64,000 bases of DNA. Source: Deltaproteobacteria bacterium ADurb.Bin151 (GTDB lineage Bacteria > Desulfobacterota > Syntrophia > Syntrophales > Smithellaceae). The notes under the pieces were generated by a model, which saw nothing but the letters and a program-made list of their open reading frames with translations, searched no databases and was not told the DNA's origin. Positions 19,693 through 28,730 of this stretch are shown here, one piece after another; the first letter of the stretch is position 1, and each line of letters begins with the position of its first letter. The stretch is taken from NCBI GenBank assembly GCA_002070455.1, contig MWDG01000003.1, positions 7,626 to 71,625 on the forward strand, in the 5' to 3' direction. A program made the translations under genes and the position numbers.

Positions 19693-19908
19693 TTATTTCT
19701 CTATTTGAATATGAAGGATAAGTTTTTTCAGCAACTCCAGCCCTGGCTCTGTAAAGATCGCCACCAGAACGAAAAACAGGATAAATACAAGGATGAGTTC
19801 AAAATTATGGACTTTCGGGTACTTTCTTTTAACAAAGACAAGGAGAAAAACACCGGCAATTAAAATGACCAGATGCAAGATAGGAAACAGGCTCGCAATA
19901 AATTCCAT
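19693..19908 (-). CDS. Small two-TM membrane protein, unknown function
   Basis: 71-aa hydrophobic ORF 8 nt upstream of the AtpZ-like gene on the same strand. Confidence 0.4.
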   Translation of the reverse strand: MEFIASLFPILHLVILIAGVFLLVFVKRKYPKVHNFELILVFILFFVLVAIFTEPGLELLKKLILHIQIEK

Positions 19909-19980
19909 TTTACTCTCCTTTGAGATAAAATATGAATTATCATTAAGAAAAAACTTATGGTTGTCAAGGTAAATAAAAAA

Positions 19981-20010
19981 AGGCCGAATCGAAATCCGGC
20001 CCTTTTTTTT
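19981..20010 (-). terminator. Probable (bidirectional-looking) terminator after the dCache gene
   Basis: GGCCG...CGGCC stem flanked by an A-run and a 9-T run. Confidence 0.5.
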
Positions 20011-20028
20011 TCAGTTGTTTAAACTCGG

Positions 20029-21345
20029 TTATTTATCGTCGTCATCATCATCGTTGAACACGGATAAATCACCCTCGGAGCCTTCTGGAATTTCCGACTT
20101 CAAGGAACGGGAAATTCCACGAACCAGTATCAGCATAATGAAGAACAAAAGAACCATGGCAACAATCAGGACCAGAATAACGGTCGCAGTCCATGCTTTC
20201 GATTCCTTCTCAATGCTCTTCGATACCTTTGCTGCTTCCTCGTTGTATTTTTCAACTTCCAGTCCCAGACCTACCCAGCCAAAGCCTGTGGGTTCGGGAA
20301 GGTTTGACGCATAAAATTTAATCGGCGCATAGGCGACAAACTTCGTCAATCCGCCGAACTTATAGGTTACAATTCCGGTTTTCCCGGCGGCTGCGTCTTT
20401 CGCGATGGTAAACAGATTAGGATCCAAAAATCCCATGTTGAACATATTCAGCGCTTCAGCACCTTTCTGGGCCAGGTCTTTTGCGTTCTGGGCAGAAAGA
20501 GTCGGAACGTCTGTCCCGTCGCTGTTCAGACCGACAATGTGATAATCAGCAGGATGGGCAACGACATAGCCGCGGTTGTCTACCATGTAAGCGTAGTTGC
20601 CGGAAGACGCATCTGTTTCAAATACCCTTTCCGCCTGTGTTGGAATCAACTGGTCGGTAAACTGGGACAGATGGCGATAGTCCATGGACAGTACGATCAT
20701 ACCAGCGAAGCCTTCCTGGTTAAAAATCGGTGTGGCAAATCGAACCACTCCATCAAATCTTCCGCCTTTGTCGAACGCCGATTTGTTTACGTACCATCCG
20801 GTCACAGGAGAGACATACACTTCGCCTTTATTCAGGTTTCTTGCTTTGGCAAAATAATCCTCTCTTTTATAGGTTGTGTTGGCCGGATTACTGACATTGA
20901 CCAGTTGCGCGGCCGGAACGACCTGGTTCCCTACTATTTTAATCTGCTCATTGCCGTTTTTATCTATCAGAGCAAGTTCTTTGTATATCGGAACCAATGC
21001 CTGCTGAACTTTACCGTCAGCTTTGACCCAGAGCGGCTTTTTATTTTCGTCAATAAACTGTTTGTATACAACATCAGTGGCTGGAATGATGGTTGCAACC
21101 TGTAAATCTTTCTTGCATTCCATGAGGAAACTTGCAACCTGATTTGCTGTATTTTGGGCTCTCGCTTTTATATCTTCCTGAGACTTAACATCGAGAACAT
21201 TAACGGTTCTCTCTTTTATGGTAACCCCTAATTTGAACATTCCGTTAGCGATTAAAAACGCCATCAGTGATAAGGGGATTACGATAAGCAGGAAGAATAC
21301 ACCTGCGATAGGTAAAGACTTCTTATCCTTTTTAGTTTCTGGCAT
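20029..21345 (-). CDS. Double-Cache (dCache_1-like) extracytoplasmic sensor-domain protein with two TM helices and no output domain
   Basis: TM1 (LPIAGVFFLLIVIPLSLMAFLIA) is followed by about 330 aa with Cache-type signatures (REDYFAKARNLNKGEVYVSPV..., GMIVLSMDYRHL, NYAYMVDNRGYVVAHP). TM2 is followed by only a ~35-aa acidic tail ending DDDDDDK. Confidence 0.7.
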   Translation of the reverse strand: MPETKKDKKSLPIAGVFFLLIVIPLSLMAFLIANGMFKLGVTIKERTVNVLDVKSQEDIKARAQNTANQVASFLMECKKDLQVATIIPATDVVYKQFIDENKKPLWVKADGKVQQALVPIYKELALIDKNGNEQIKIVGNQVVPAAQLVNVSNPANTTYKREDYFAKARNLNKGEVYVSPVTGWYVNKSAFDKGGRFDGVVRFATPIFNQEGFAGMIVLSMDYRHLSQFTDQLIPTQAERVFETDASSGNYAYMVDNRGYVVAHPADYHIVGLNSDGTDVPTLSAQNAKDLAQKGAEALNMFNMGFLDPNLFTIAKDAAAGKTGIVTYKFGGLTKFVAYAPIKFYASNLPEPTGFGWVGLGLEVEKYNEEAAKVSKSIEKESKAWTATVILVLIVAMVLLFFIMLILVRGISRSLKSEIPEGSEGDLSVFNDDDDDDK

Positions 21346-21394
21346 TATAAGTTCCCCCTAACCTTTCTTGGTTTAATAGTTAATTTGTTTAGCA

Positions 21395-21772
21395 TTAACC
21401 CAAAAAGAAAGCCTTGAAGGGGTTGGCGTATAATAAGATCAGAGCAATAACCAAAGCGTAAATGGCGATGGATTCAGCCATGGCCATACCAACAAGCATA
21501 ACCATCATAATCTTGCCCTGAACGCCGGGGTTTCTTCCGACAGCCTGGCACGCGCCGTTTGCCGCATTACCAATACCTGCGCCCGCGCCGATTGCGCCCA
21601 GTCCAATGGCCAGACCTGCGCCGATCATTGCGCCCACTGCAAAAATGACTTTAATGTAAGATTCACCACCCACCGGTATCGCCTCTGCTGCGAAAGCAAA
21701 CTGGCTGGTTAACAGCAAAGCTGCTGCCGATGTGAAAACTGTTAAAAATACTTTTCCGAATTTATGTGACAT
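21395..21772 (-). CDS. atpE: F-type ATP synthase subunit c with N-terminal signal-peptide-like extension
   Basis: GLGAIGAGAGIGNAANGA glycine-zipper helix, RNPG loop, and AMAESIAIYALVIALILLYANPF ion-binding helix (conserved Glu). The extension MSHKFGKVFLTVFTSAAALLLTSQFAFA-AE precedes these. Confidence 0.85.
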   Translation of the reverse strand: MSHKFGKVFLTVFTSAAALLLTSQFAFAAEAIPVGGESYIKVIFAVGAMIGAGLAIGLGAIGAGAGIGNAANGACQAVGRNPGVQGKIMMVMLVGMAMAESIAIYALVIALILLYANPFKAFFLG

Positions 21773-21882
21773 TATCTGTCTCCTTTCCTGACATGTAATT
21801 TATTTTTTATTTCCGCCTGCATAGCATATTTTTCAATGCCGCGCAAAGAGGAATTAATACCCATGTCGACAGTCACGTCGAC

Positions 21883-21898
21883 TTGCACAAGATGTGCC
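21883..21898 (-). promoter_or_regulatory. Sigma-54 (-24/-12) promoter candidate reading toward atpE
   Basis: The minus strand reads TGGCAC-ATCTT-GTGCA, with correct GG/GC spacing relative to the consensus TGGCAC-N5-TTGCA. It lies about 110 nt upstream of the atpE ATG. Confidence 0.55.
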
Positions 21899-22279
21899 AT
21901 GGCATGAATATGCAAGGCATTTTTTCTGAAATTTAATTTATGAAATCAGAGAATAAAAAAAATTACCATCTGATTTTATAAAGATGACTGTGATTCATTT
22001 TTCTAAAAAATATTAAAAAAGGGAAATATCGCGCCGTGAAAACTTTTGCGTGGGGAATAATTTATTGTCAAAGATAAGCATCGATTTAATGTTTTGTTCA
22101 ATCGCCTGTCATAAAACATTCAATGGAGCATTTCTAAACGGGGAACATCCTGCTGATTTTTTTCCACGGGAAACCGTTTTTGATATTTCAGTTGAAATTT
22201 TGAGGCAATGTCGTTACGATTGAAAAGATTTCGGAACAAAGACTTAAACGATCATGAAAATATAACATAAAGGATTACC

Positions 22280-22459
22280 ATGCAGGAAATTTTAACCGCC
22301 GTTACCTACCCGATCGTCTGGCTGATTTGTGGATACCTTTTAAAGATTGAAAGTGGTCTGGCCAAACTGCTGATTTCCCTGACTGCGGCAATCCTGGTTT
22401 ATGTTTTAATAGGCATCAAGCGCTCGCAAAAAGAAAACAACGAGGACAATGAAGATTAA
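22280..22459 (+). CDS. Small (59-aa) two-TM membrane protein abutting the histidine kinase start
   Basis: ATG at 22280 follows AAGGA. Hydrophobic product with an acidic tail. The stop TAA (22457-22459) is immediately followed by the kinase GTG (22460). It falls below the ORF-track length cutoff. Confidence 0.4.
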   Translation: MQEILTAVTYPIVWLICGYLLKIESGLAKLLISLTAAILVYVLIGIKRSQKENNEDNED

Positions 22460-25051
22460 GTGATTTTGCTCAGGAAGGCCTACAAGCTTCTGAATCAATT
22501 ATTGAGCCCGCGTATCTGGTTTGCCAGCATTATTGTTGTTGTTCTGATTCTGCTGTTGGCTTTAACGGTGAACCACGCACGTGAAAAGGAGATGGTTGAT
22601 TTATTCAGCCGTCAGCAACTGGCATCCGCTCAAAACGCATCGGCGCGAATAGCAGAAATTCTTTCGCAGGTGGAAAGAAATATTGCTCTGTTCAAGTACC
22701 TGGATCCCAACGGGAAAAAACTCACCCAGGAAGATTATCGTGAATTAGACGTTGTTTACTCCATCTGGGGCAGGACGATTGATGCGGTGCTGGTCTTTGA
22801 TGCCGATAACAACATCAGGAAAATTCTACCGCAGGACGCAACACCGGGCGTCGACCTGACCACGCATTTCAGCGCGATGAAACTTCGCAAAAGGCAATAC
22901 CTGACCATTGCTTTATCAGACAATATTGCCAGCGATTCTCTTGCCCAGACGAAAGACCGGTATTTAATCTGGGGTTATCCCGTCTGGGATCAAAATAACG
23001 TTTTCTCCGGCGCATGGATGATATCTTTTTCCCTGGCTCAGCTGGTGGATGCGTGTGAAAGACAGATCAAGGACAATAAGCTGGGAGATCTCTGGCTGGT
23101 CAATGAGCAGGGGCAGATATTGCTGCATCCTCATTCCCTGTTCATTGGGAAATACGTCGGGGATCTGGTGAAGGATCGTCGCGGCAATACGATCGTCTTT
23201 CCATCGGAAGGCGGCAGACACACAGATGCCAAAATTCTCCAGGCGAACAACAAACCGTTAAGAAGTGTTATCTCCTATTCCCCGTTGCAGATTGCTGGAA
23301 CCACCTGGTATGTCATGGTGACGGTGCCCTACAGTAATGTTATTGCCCCCGTGCGAACCACCTTTATTTACACCATGTTCAGTTCACTGGTGCTGATCCT
23401 GGGACTCGTTGTCGTCGGGATCTTTTTTGCCTTCCGTGAAGGCAAAAGATTAAGAATGAGAGAAGAGCGGGAACGATCCAGAGAGCGTGAAGCCTGGCAG
23501 GAAAAGCTCCTCAGAGAAAAGAAGACCATCGATGGAATCATAGAGGGTTCGCCAATTCCCAGTTTTGTCATCAACAAAGAACATAAAGTCATTTTATGGA
23601 ACAGAGCCTGCGTGGAATTGACGGGATGCTCCGCCGAAAGCATGCTGGGCACCGATCAGCATTACAAGTCCTTCTATTCCGTTCAAAGGCCCATGGTGGT
23701 TGATTTGATCGTGGACAATGATATTGACGGCCTCAATCAATTCTACGGAGCAAAAAAGGTCAAGAAATCGGAGAAGGTGCCGGGTGCTTACGAAGCCTAT
23801 GACCATTTTGACAATTTGGGCGGTCGCAGCCGGTACATGTATTTTCTGGCGGCTCCGATTTATGATGAGGACGGGAATATCATTGCGGCCATGGAAACGC
23901 TTCAGGATATCTCACGCGAAGAAGAGCTGACCCGTTCTTTACGGGAATACGCAGAAACGCTCCAGAATGAACTGGGGGAAAACATTGAACTGCGCAGAGA
24001 GATCGAAGGGCTATATAACTATCTGCAGTCCATTGTGAAAAGTCTGCCGGATAAAATCTACGAGGTGGATAAAGACGGCATTCTCAATTTCATCAGCGGA
24101 GGATTTAAAAAGTCAAGCAGCGAGTTTCGGGGAAGGCATTTTCTGGAGTTCGTCGCACCCGAGGATGAAAATTTTGTGATGGCAAAATGGGAGGATGCAA
24201 AGAAGGGAATATTTACGCCTTATGAAATTGAAACAACCACAAAGGAAGGCCGCAAGATCAATCTTATGGTAACAACGGCCCCGGTTGTCGGCACAGATCA
24301 TTACATTCTGGTGCAGCGCGATATCACGGAATACAAGAATTTGGAAAAGAAACTCTATAACAGTGAAAAACTTGCCGCTCTGGGTCAGCTTTCCGCCGGG
24401 ATTGCACACGAAGTACGCAATCCCCTTTCATCCATCAAGATGAGTCTGCAAATTCTGGAAAAAAGGATGAATCCGGAAGGCAATGATCTGAAAAGATTTA
24501 AGATCGCGCAAAAAGAAGTTGAACACCTGGAGGAGTTGGTTAATAATGTGCTCGTTTTCGCAAAACCCATGGAGCCCAAAATAGCGTCTGCCGATCTCAA
24601 TAAATTGCTGGAGCGCGCGGTTTCCCTGTGCGAAAAAATTATTCAGGACAAACAGATCGATATAAAACTGGAATCCCAGCAGATCCCGATGGTAAACGTG
24701 GATGTGGCGATGATTACGGACGCCTTTGTGAATGTTATCCGTAATGCGGTTGAGGCGATGGAAAACAACGGGCACATCCGTATTTACGCCCGCAGCATTG
24801 GCAGCCAGCCGCCTTCTGTTCTTGTCGTCGTGGAAGACGACGGCTGCGGGATCGATGATGCGGATATGCCCCATCTGTTTAATCCTTTCTTTACCAAGAA
24901 AAAATATGGTACGGGGCTGGGACTTTCACAGGTACTGAAAATCGTGGAAGTGCATCAGGGAAAACTTGAAATCATCAGTGAAAAAGATAAAGGGACCAAG
25001 GTTTGCGTCACATTGCCGTGCAATGAGAGACGCCGCACCCCGAGAGTTTGA
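22460..25051 (+). CDS. Sensor histidine kinase with periplasmic Cache-like domain, PAS domains, HisKA and HATPase_c
   Basis: Two TM helices flank a ~270-aa extracytoplasmic domain. PAS-like regions follow. H-box SAGIAHEVRNPLSSI. N/G boxes (NAVEAM...DDGCGI...GTGLGL). Confidence 0.85.
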   Translation: MILLRKAYKLLNQLLSPRIWFASIIVVVLILLLALTVNHAREKEMVDLFSRQQLASAQNASARIAEILSQVERNIALFKYLDPNGKKLTQEDYRELDVVYSIWGRTIDAVLVFDADNNIRKILPQDATPGVDLTTHFSAMKLRKRQYLTIALSDNIASDSLAQTKDRYLIWGYPVWDQNNVFSGAWMISFSLAQLVDACERQIKDNKLGDLWLVNEQGQILLHPHSLFIGKYVGDLVKDRRGNTIVFPSEGGRHTDAKILQANNKPLRSVISYSPLQIAGTTWYVMVTVPYSNVIAPVRTTFIYTMFSSLVLILGLVVVGIFFAFREGKRLRMREERERSREREAWQEKLLREKKTIDGIIEGSPIPSFVINKEHKVILWNRACVELTGCSAESMLGTDQHYKSFYSVQRPMVVDLIVDNDIDGLNQFYGAKKVKKSEKVPGAYEAYDHFDNLGGRSRYMYFLAAPIYDEDGNIIAAMETLQDISREEELTRSLREYAETLQNELGENIELRREIEGLYNYLQSIVKSLPDKIYEVDKDGILNFISGGFKKSSSEFRGRHFLEFVAPEDENFVMAKWEDAKKGIFTPYEIETTTKEGRKINLMVTTAPVVGTDHYILVQRDITEYKNLEKKLYNSEKLAALGQLSAGIAHEVRNPLSSIKMSLQILEKRMNPEGNDLKRFKIAQKEVEHLEELVNNVLVFAKPMEPKIASADLNKLLERAVSLCEKIIQDKQIDIKLESQQIPMVNVDVAMITDAFVNVIRNAVEAMENNGHIRIYARSIGSQPPSVLVVVEDDGCGIDDADMPHLFNPFFTKKKYGTGLGLSQVLKIVEVHQGKLEIISEKDKGTKVCVTLPCNERRRTPRV

Positions 25052-25108
25052 AAAAGAGTAAAAGAGCAGGATGATCCGGAAATCCCCTGAATGGCGAAGG
25101 TGATAATT

Positions 25109-26494
25109 ATGGCAAGTATACTGGTTATTGACGACGACGCATCGATTGTGGAAACGCTGGATTTGTATCTGACGGAAGAGGGATACAGCGTAAGAACAGC
25201 TCTGACCGGTACGGACGGCTTGAATAAATATGTGCAGGAGCCTTCAGATGTAGTGATCCTGGATATCCGCCTGCCCGATGTGGATGGGTTTTCCGTTCTG
25301 GAAGATCTCAAGGAAGAGAATGAAAATGTTAAAGTGATCATGATTACCGCTTTCCATGATATGGAAACCACCATCAACGCCATGAAGGCCGGCGCTTTTG
25401 ATTATATCCATAAACCGGTCAATGTTGATGAACTCGACCTGGCGATCAAGAAAGCTCTGAAGTCTCTGGAGATGGAGAAAAAAATTGACGGTCTGCTCAT
25501 AGAACCTTCACGCAGTTTCCGTGTCGGGGATATTATCGGCACGGGCAATGAAATGCGGGAAATCTTCAAGACGATCGGTACCGTTTCCAAAAGCCGCACA
25601 ACGGTGCTCATCCAGGGGGAGAGCGGCACCGGGAAAGAATTGATTGCCAAGGTTATTCATAATAATACTTCCGCCGATGAACCGTTTATTGCCGTGAATT
25701 GTTCAGCCATTGTTGAAACGCTTCTGGAATCGGAGTTGTTTGGTCATGAGAAAGGATCGTTTACGGGGGCTGTTGCGCGAAAACTGGGCAAGTTTGAGCT
25801 GGCAAGGTTTGGCACCGTATTCCTGGATGAAATCAGTGAAATGTCCATCAATTTGCAGGCCAAACTTCTTCGGGTTCTACAGGAAATGGAATTTGAACGC
25901 GTAGGCGGTAAAGACAGGGTGAAAGTCAATGCCCGCATCATGGCCGCCACCAACAAAGATCTAAAATTGATGGTCAAGGAGGGAAGATTCAGGGATGATC
26001 TGTATTATCGTTTGAATATTGTGTCCATTAACCTGCCTCCATTGCGTTCGCGACGCCAGGATATCCCGCCTTTGATTGATTATCTGCTTTCCAAAATCAA
26101 CCTGGATCTTCATAAAAAAATCATCGGCGTTTCCGGTGAGATGATGGACAAATTTATGAACTATGAATGGCCGGGGAATATCCGCGAACTGGAAAACCTG
26201 CTGGTAAGGGCCTGCGTTGTGGCCAAAGGTCAGGTTCTGGGTGTCGGTGATTTTCCAGAGCTGGGCAAGGACAGTCAGTCGATTACGGCGCAAGACGATC
26301 AAACCTCCGAAGTCTTTAAGCCGGAAGAACCGGGTAAATTTCTTACCCTTGATCAGGTTGAAGAACGCTACATCAGGAAAATTATCAAAGAAACAGACAA
26401 GAACAAAGGGGAAGTCTGTGAAACCCTCGGAATTTCACGTCCCACCTTTGAACGCAAACTGGAAAAATACGGCATCTCCTTTGAACGTGAATGA
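25109..26494 (+). CDS. Sigma-54-dependent response regulator (NtrC family: REC-AAA+-HTH)
   Basis: ILVIDDD...DIRLPD REC domain. GESGTGKE Walker A, GSFTGA (GAFTGA variant), ELENL, and a C-terminal Fis-type HTH (LGISRPTFERKL). Confidence 0.9.
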   Translation: MASILVIDDDASIVETLDLYLTEEGYSVRTALTGTDGLNKYVQEPSDVVILDIRLPDVDGFSVLEDLKEENENVKVIMITAFHDMETTINAMKAGAFDYIHKPVNVDELDLAIKKALKSLEMEKKIDGLLIEPSRSFRVGDIIGTGNEMREIFKTIGTVSKSRTTVLIQGESGTGKELIAKVIHNNTSADEPFIAVNCSAIVETLLESELFGHEKGSFTGAVARKLGKFELARFGTVFLDEISEMSINLQAKLLRVLQEMEFERVGGKDRVKVNARIMAATNKDLKLMVKEGRFRDDLYYRLNIVSINLPPLRSRRQDIPPLIDYLLSKINLDLHKKIIGVSGEMMDKFMNYEWPGNIRELENLLVRACVVAKGQVLGVGDFPELGKDSQSITAQDDQTSEVFKPEEPGKFLTLDQVEERYIRKIIKETDKNKGEVCETLGISRPTFERKLEKYGISFERE

Positions 26495-26633
26495 TAGGTT
26501 GTTGACCGGTGCCGCATAATGCGGGGCGGCCCGGTTGTTCAATGAACGTTTCACCTGCCGGTACAGCAAAAGTTTTTCAAAGATATACGCTGTGCTTTGC
26601 CGGCGTTGCCGTAACCGGCGAAAAGGAGGCCTC

Positions 26634-27728
26634 ATGAAAAAAATACTGCTGACCATTGTTTTTATTCTGTTGTTGCTTGCGGCTTATTTGATTTTCTGGC
26701 CAGTGCCGATTGAACCCGTCGTCTGGAAGGCACCCATGGCCGCCGGCTATACCGGACCGCACGCCGTCAATACGAAGCTTGCCGGGCTTAAAACAATTCC
26801 TCTGGGAACGGAAGAAGGACCTGAACACATTGCCATCGGCAAGGACGGCAAGCTCTACACTACCGTTACCAGTGGTAATATTCTGCGCATGAATCCGGAC
26901 GGGAGCGCACAGGAAATTTTTGTCAATACAGGCGGACGGGTGCTGGGTTTCGATTTTGACAAATCCGGCAATCTGATCGCCGCCGATGCTTTTAAAGGCC
27001 TGCTTTCAATCAGCCCGGACAAAAAAATCACCCTATTGACCGATCAGGTAAACGGAGACCCCATCCGCTATGCCGATGCCGTGGTGGTGGCCGGATCAGG
27101 CAAGATCTATCTGAGTGATGCGTCAATGCGTTTTGCGCCCCGGGATTGGGGCGGGACATTTGAGGCCAGTATCCTGGATATCATGGAGCAGTCATCAACC
27201 GGACGCGTTCTGGAGTATGACCCGGCAAACAAAACAACCCGTGTGGTGGCAAAAGGCTTCAGTTTTGCCAACGGTGTGGCCTTGAGCCAGGATGAAAAAT
27301 ACCTGTTTGTCAATGAAACCGGTAAATACAGAGTGTGGAAGGTTTTAGTGAGCGCCAATGATCTGGATATGTCCAACCCGGGCGGCCAGGCGAAACTGGT
27401 GTTGAACAATTTACCCGGTTATCCGGACAACCTGATGCGCGGGCTTGACGGCAAGATCTGGCTGGGCTTCGCAAAGCCGCGTAGTGCTTTACTTGAAAAG
27501 ATTTCCACTCCGTTTTTGCTCAAACTTACCCTGCGGCTGCCGCGTGCCATGTGGCCGGTGCCAAAAGCCTACGGTCATGTGATCGCGTTTACGGAAGACG
27601 GCAAAGTGGTGGCTGATCTGCAGGACCCGAGCGGTGCGTACCCGGAGGCGACAGCGGTCACGGAGACCACAGACCGGCTTTACATCCAGAGCCTGCATGC
27701 CAGGGAGTTGGGCTGGATGCCCAGATGA
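26634..27728 (+). CDS. SMP-30/gluconolactonase/strictosidine-synthase-like beta-propeller protein, membrane-anchored or secreted
   Basis: ATG at 26634 follows AAAGGAGG. N-terminal hydrophobic anchor. GPE..A.G.DG.LY..., YADAV...G.IY.SDAS, ANGVALS.DE..L.V.ET..YRV. Confidence 0.65.
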   Translation: MKKILLTIVFILLLLAAYLIFWPVPIEPVVWKAPMAAGYTGPHAVNTKLAGLKTIPLGTEEGPEHIAIGKDGKLYTTVTSGNILRMNPDGSAQEIFVNTGGRVLGFDFDKSGNLIAADAFKGLLSISPDKKITLLTDQVNGDPIRYADAVVVAGSGKIYLSDASMRFAPRDWGGTFEASILDIMEQSSTGRVLEYDPANKTTRVVAKGFSFANGVALSQDEKYLFVNETGKYRVWKVLVSANDLDMSNPGGQAKLVLNNLPGYPDNLMRGLDGKIWLGFAKPRSALLEKISTPFLLKLTLRLPRAMWPVPKAYGHVIAFTEDGKVVADLQDPSGAYPEATAVTETTDRLYIQSLHARELGWMPR

Positions 27729-27815
27729 ATCTTTAACGTGGAGACAATTACAACGAGCTTGTTGGTAAGTAATTGAAATAAATAATGAAATAATTGACAA
27801 CAGCCTGATTCACAC

Positions 27816-28418
27816 ATGATGAAAATTACAAGTGCAGAATTTATCAAAAGCGCAGTCTGGCCTCCTCAGTATCCTCCGGCCACACTGCCGGAAATCGCTT
27901 TTGTCGGCCGTTCCAATGTCGGGAAATCATCCCTGATGAATACGCTGGTTGGTCGCAAACAGCTGGCTAAAACGAGCCAGACGCCCGGCCGTACGCAGTT
28001 GATTAATTTTTTTAGCATCAATAAAGCCATGTCTTTTGTTGATCTTCCGGGATATGGTTTTGCCAGGGTGCCCCGCTCTGTAAAAAAAGACTGGGGAGAT
28101 ATGATCGAAACCTACCTTCGTGAACGCCAGAACCTTGCCATGGTTGTTTTTATTCTGGATCTCCGCCGCGATCCAAGCGATGATGACTTGTCTTTGCTCG
28201 ATTGGCTCGAATATTATCGAATCCCCTTCACGGTTATTTTGACCAAATCGGATAAATTATCGAATAACCAGGCGATTGCTCGAAAAAGAATGATCGAAAA
28301 ATTGCTCGGAGGAAAAACACAACAAGTAACGATGCTTTTTTCCGCCAAAACGCAAAAGGGAAGGGAAGAACTCTGGAAAATGATCGAAAATCATCTCTCT
28401 TCCCTGAAAAGCCGTTAG
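27816..28418 (+). CDS. engB: Ribosome-biogenesis GTPase YsxC/EngB
   Basis: EIAFVGRSNVGKSSL (G1), DLPGYG (G3), TKSDK (G4). Confidence 0.9.
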   Translation: MMKITSAEFIKSAVWPPQYPPATLPEIAFVGRSNVGKSSLMNTLVGRKQLAKTSQTPGRTQLINFFSINKAMSFVDLPGYGFARVPRSVKKDWGDMIETYLRERQNLAMVVFILDLRRDPSDDDLSLLDWLEYYRIPFTVILTKSDKLSNNQAIARKRMIEKLLGGKTQQVTMLFSAKTQKGREELWKMIENHLSSLKSR

Positions 28419-28730
28419 AAGAAGTTCCTGTTGAAAAAAACACATTCCCGGATTCGTTTTTAATTCGGTTCTTAAAAAATAATGATGAACGAATAGGCAA
28501 TGACTGGCAGCGTTTTATCGGTTCATTAAAGGAAAGAAACCGACAGCGAATGAACGCTGGTCAAAAATTAATAATCATCATTCCATATACTTAAGCACAA
28601 AAATCCAATTCAATAAATCTTCTGTGCTTGACAGGGCACTGAAATTGTGTTAGCGGACGAACGCCGGTCAGACGTTGTGTCTTCCGGATTTTGACAGGGC
28701 TTTTTTACATAAATTACGAGGTGTAATCAC

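Noticed and set aside
21899-21913. A plus-strand sigma-54-like motif TGGCAT-GAATA-TGCA facing the kinase operon, overlapping the minus-strand promoter through the palindrome TGCCATGGCA.
   Set aside because: The GG-to-GC spacing is one nucleotide short of the consensus and the -12 element is weak. It is kept only as a note, and the minus-strand site is the credible one.
28628-28700. TTGACAGGGC occurs twice (28628 and 28691, 63 nt apart) upstream of hdrL. These could be promoters or operator sites.
   Set aside because: Neither TTGACA has an acceptable -10 hexamer at 16-18 nt. With only two short copies I cannot distinguish a regulator site from chance, so it is not reported as a feature.
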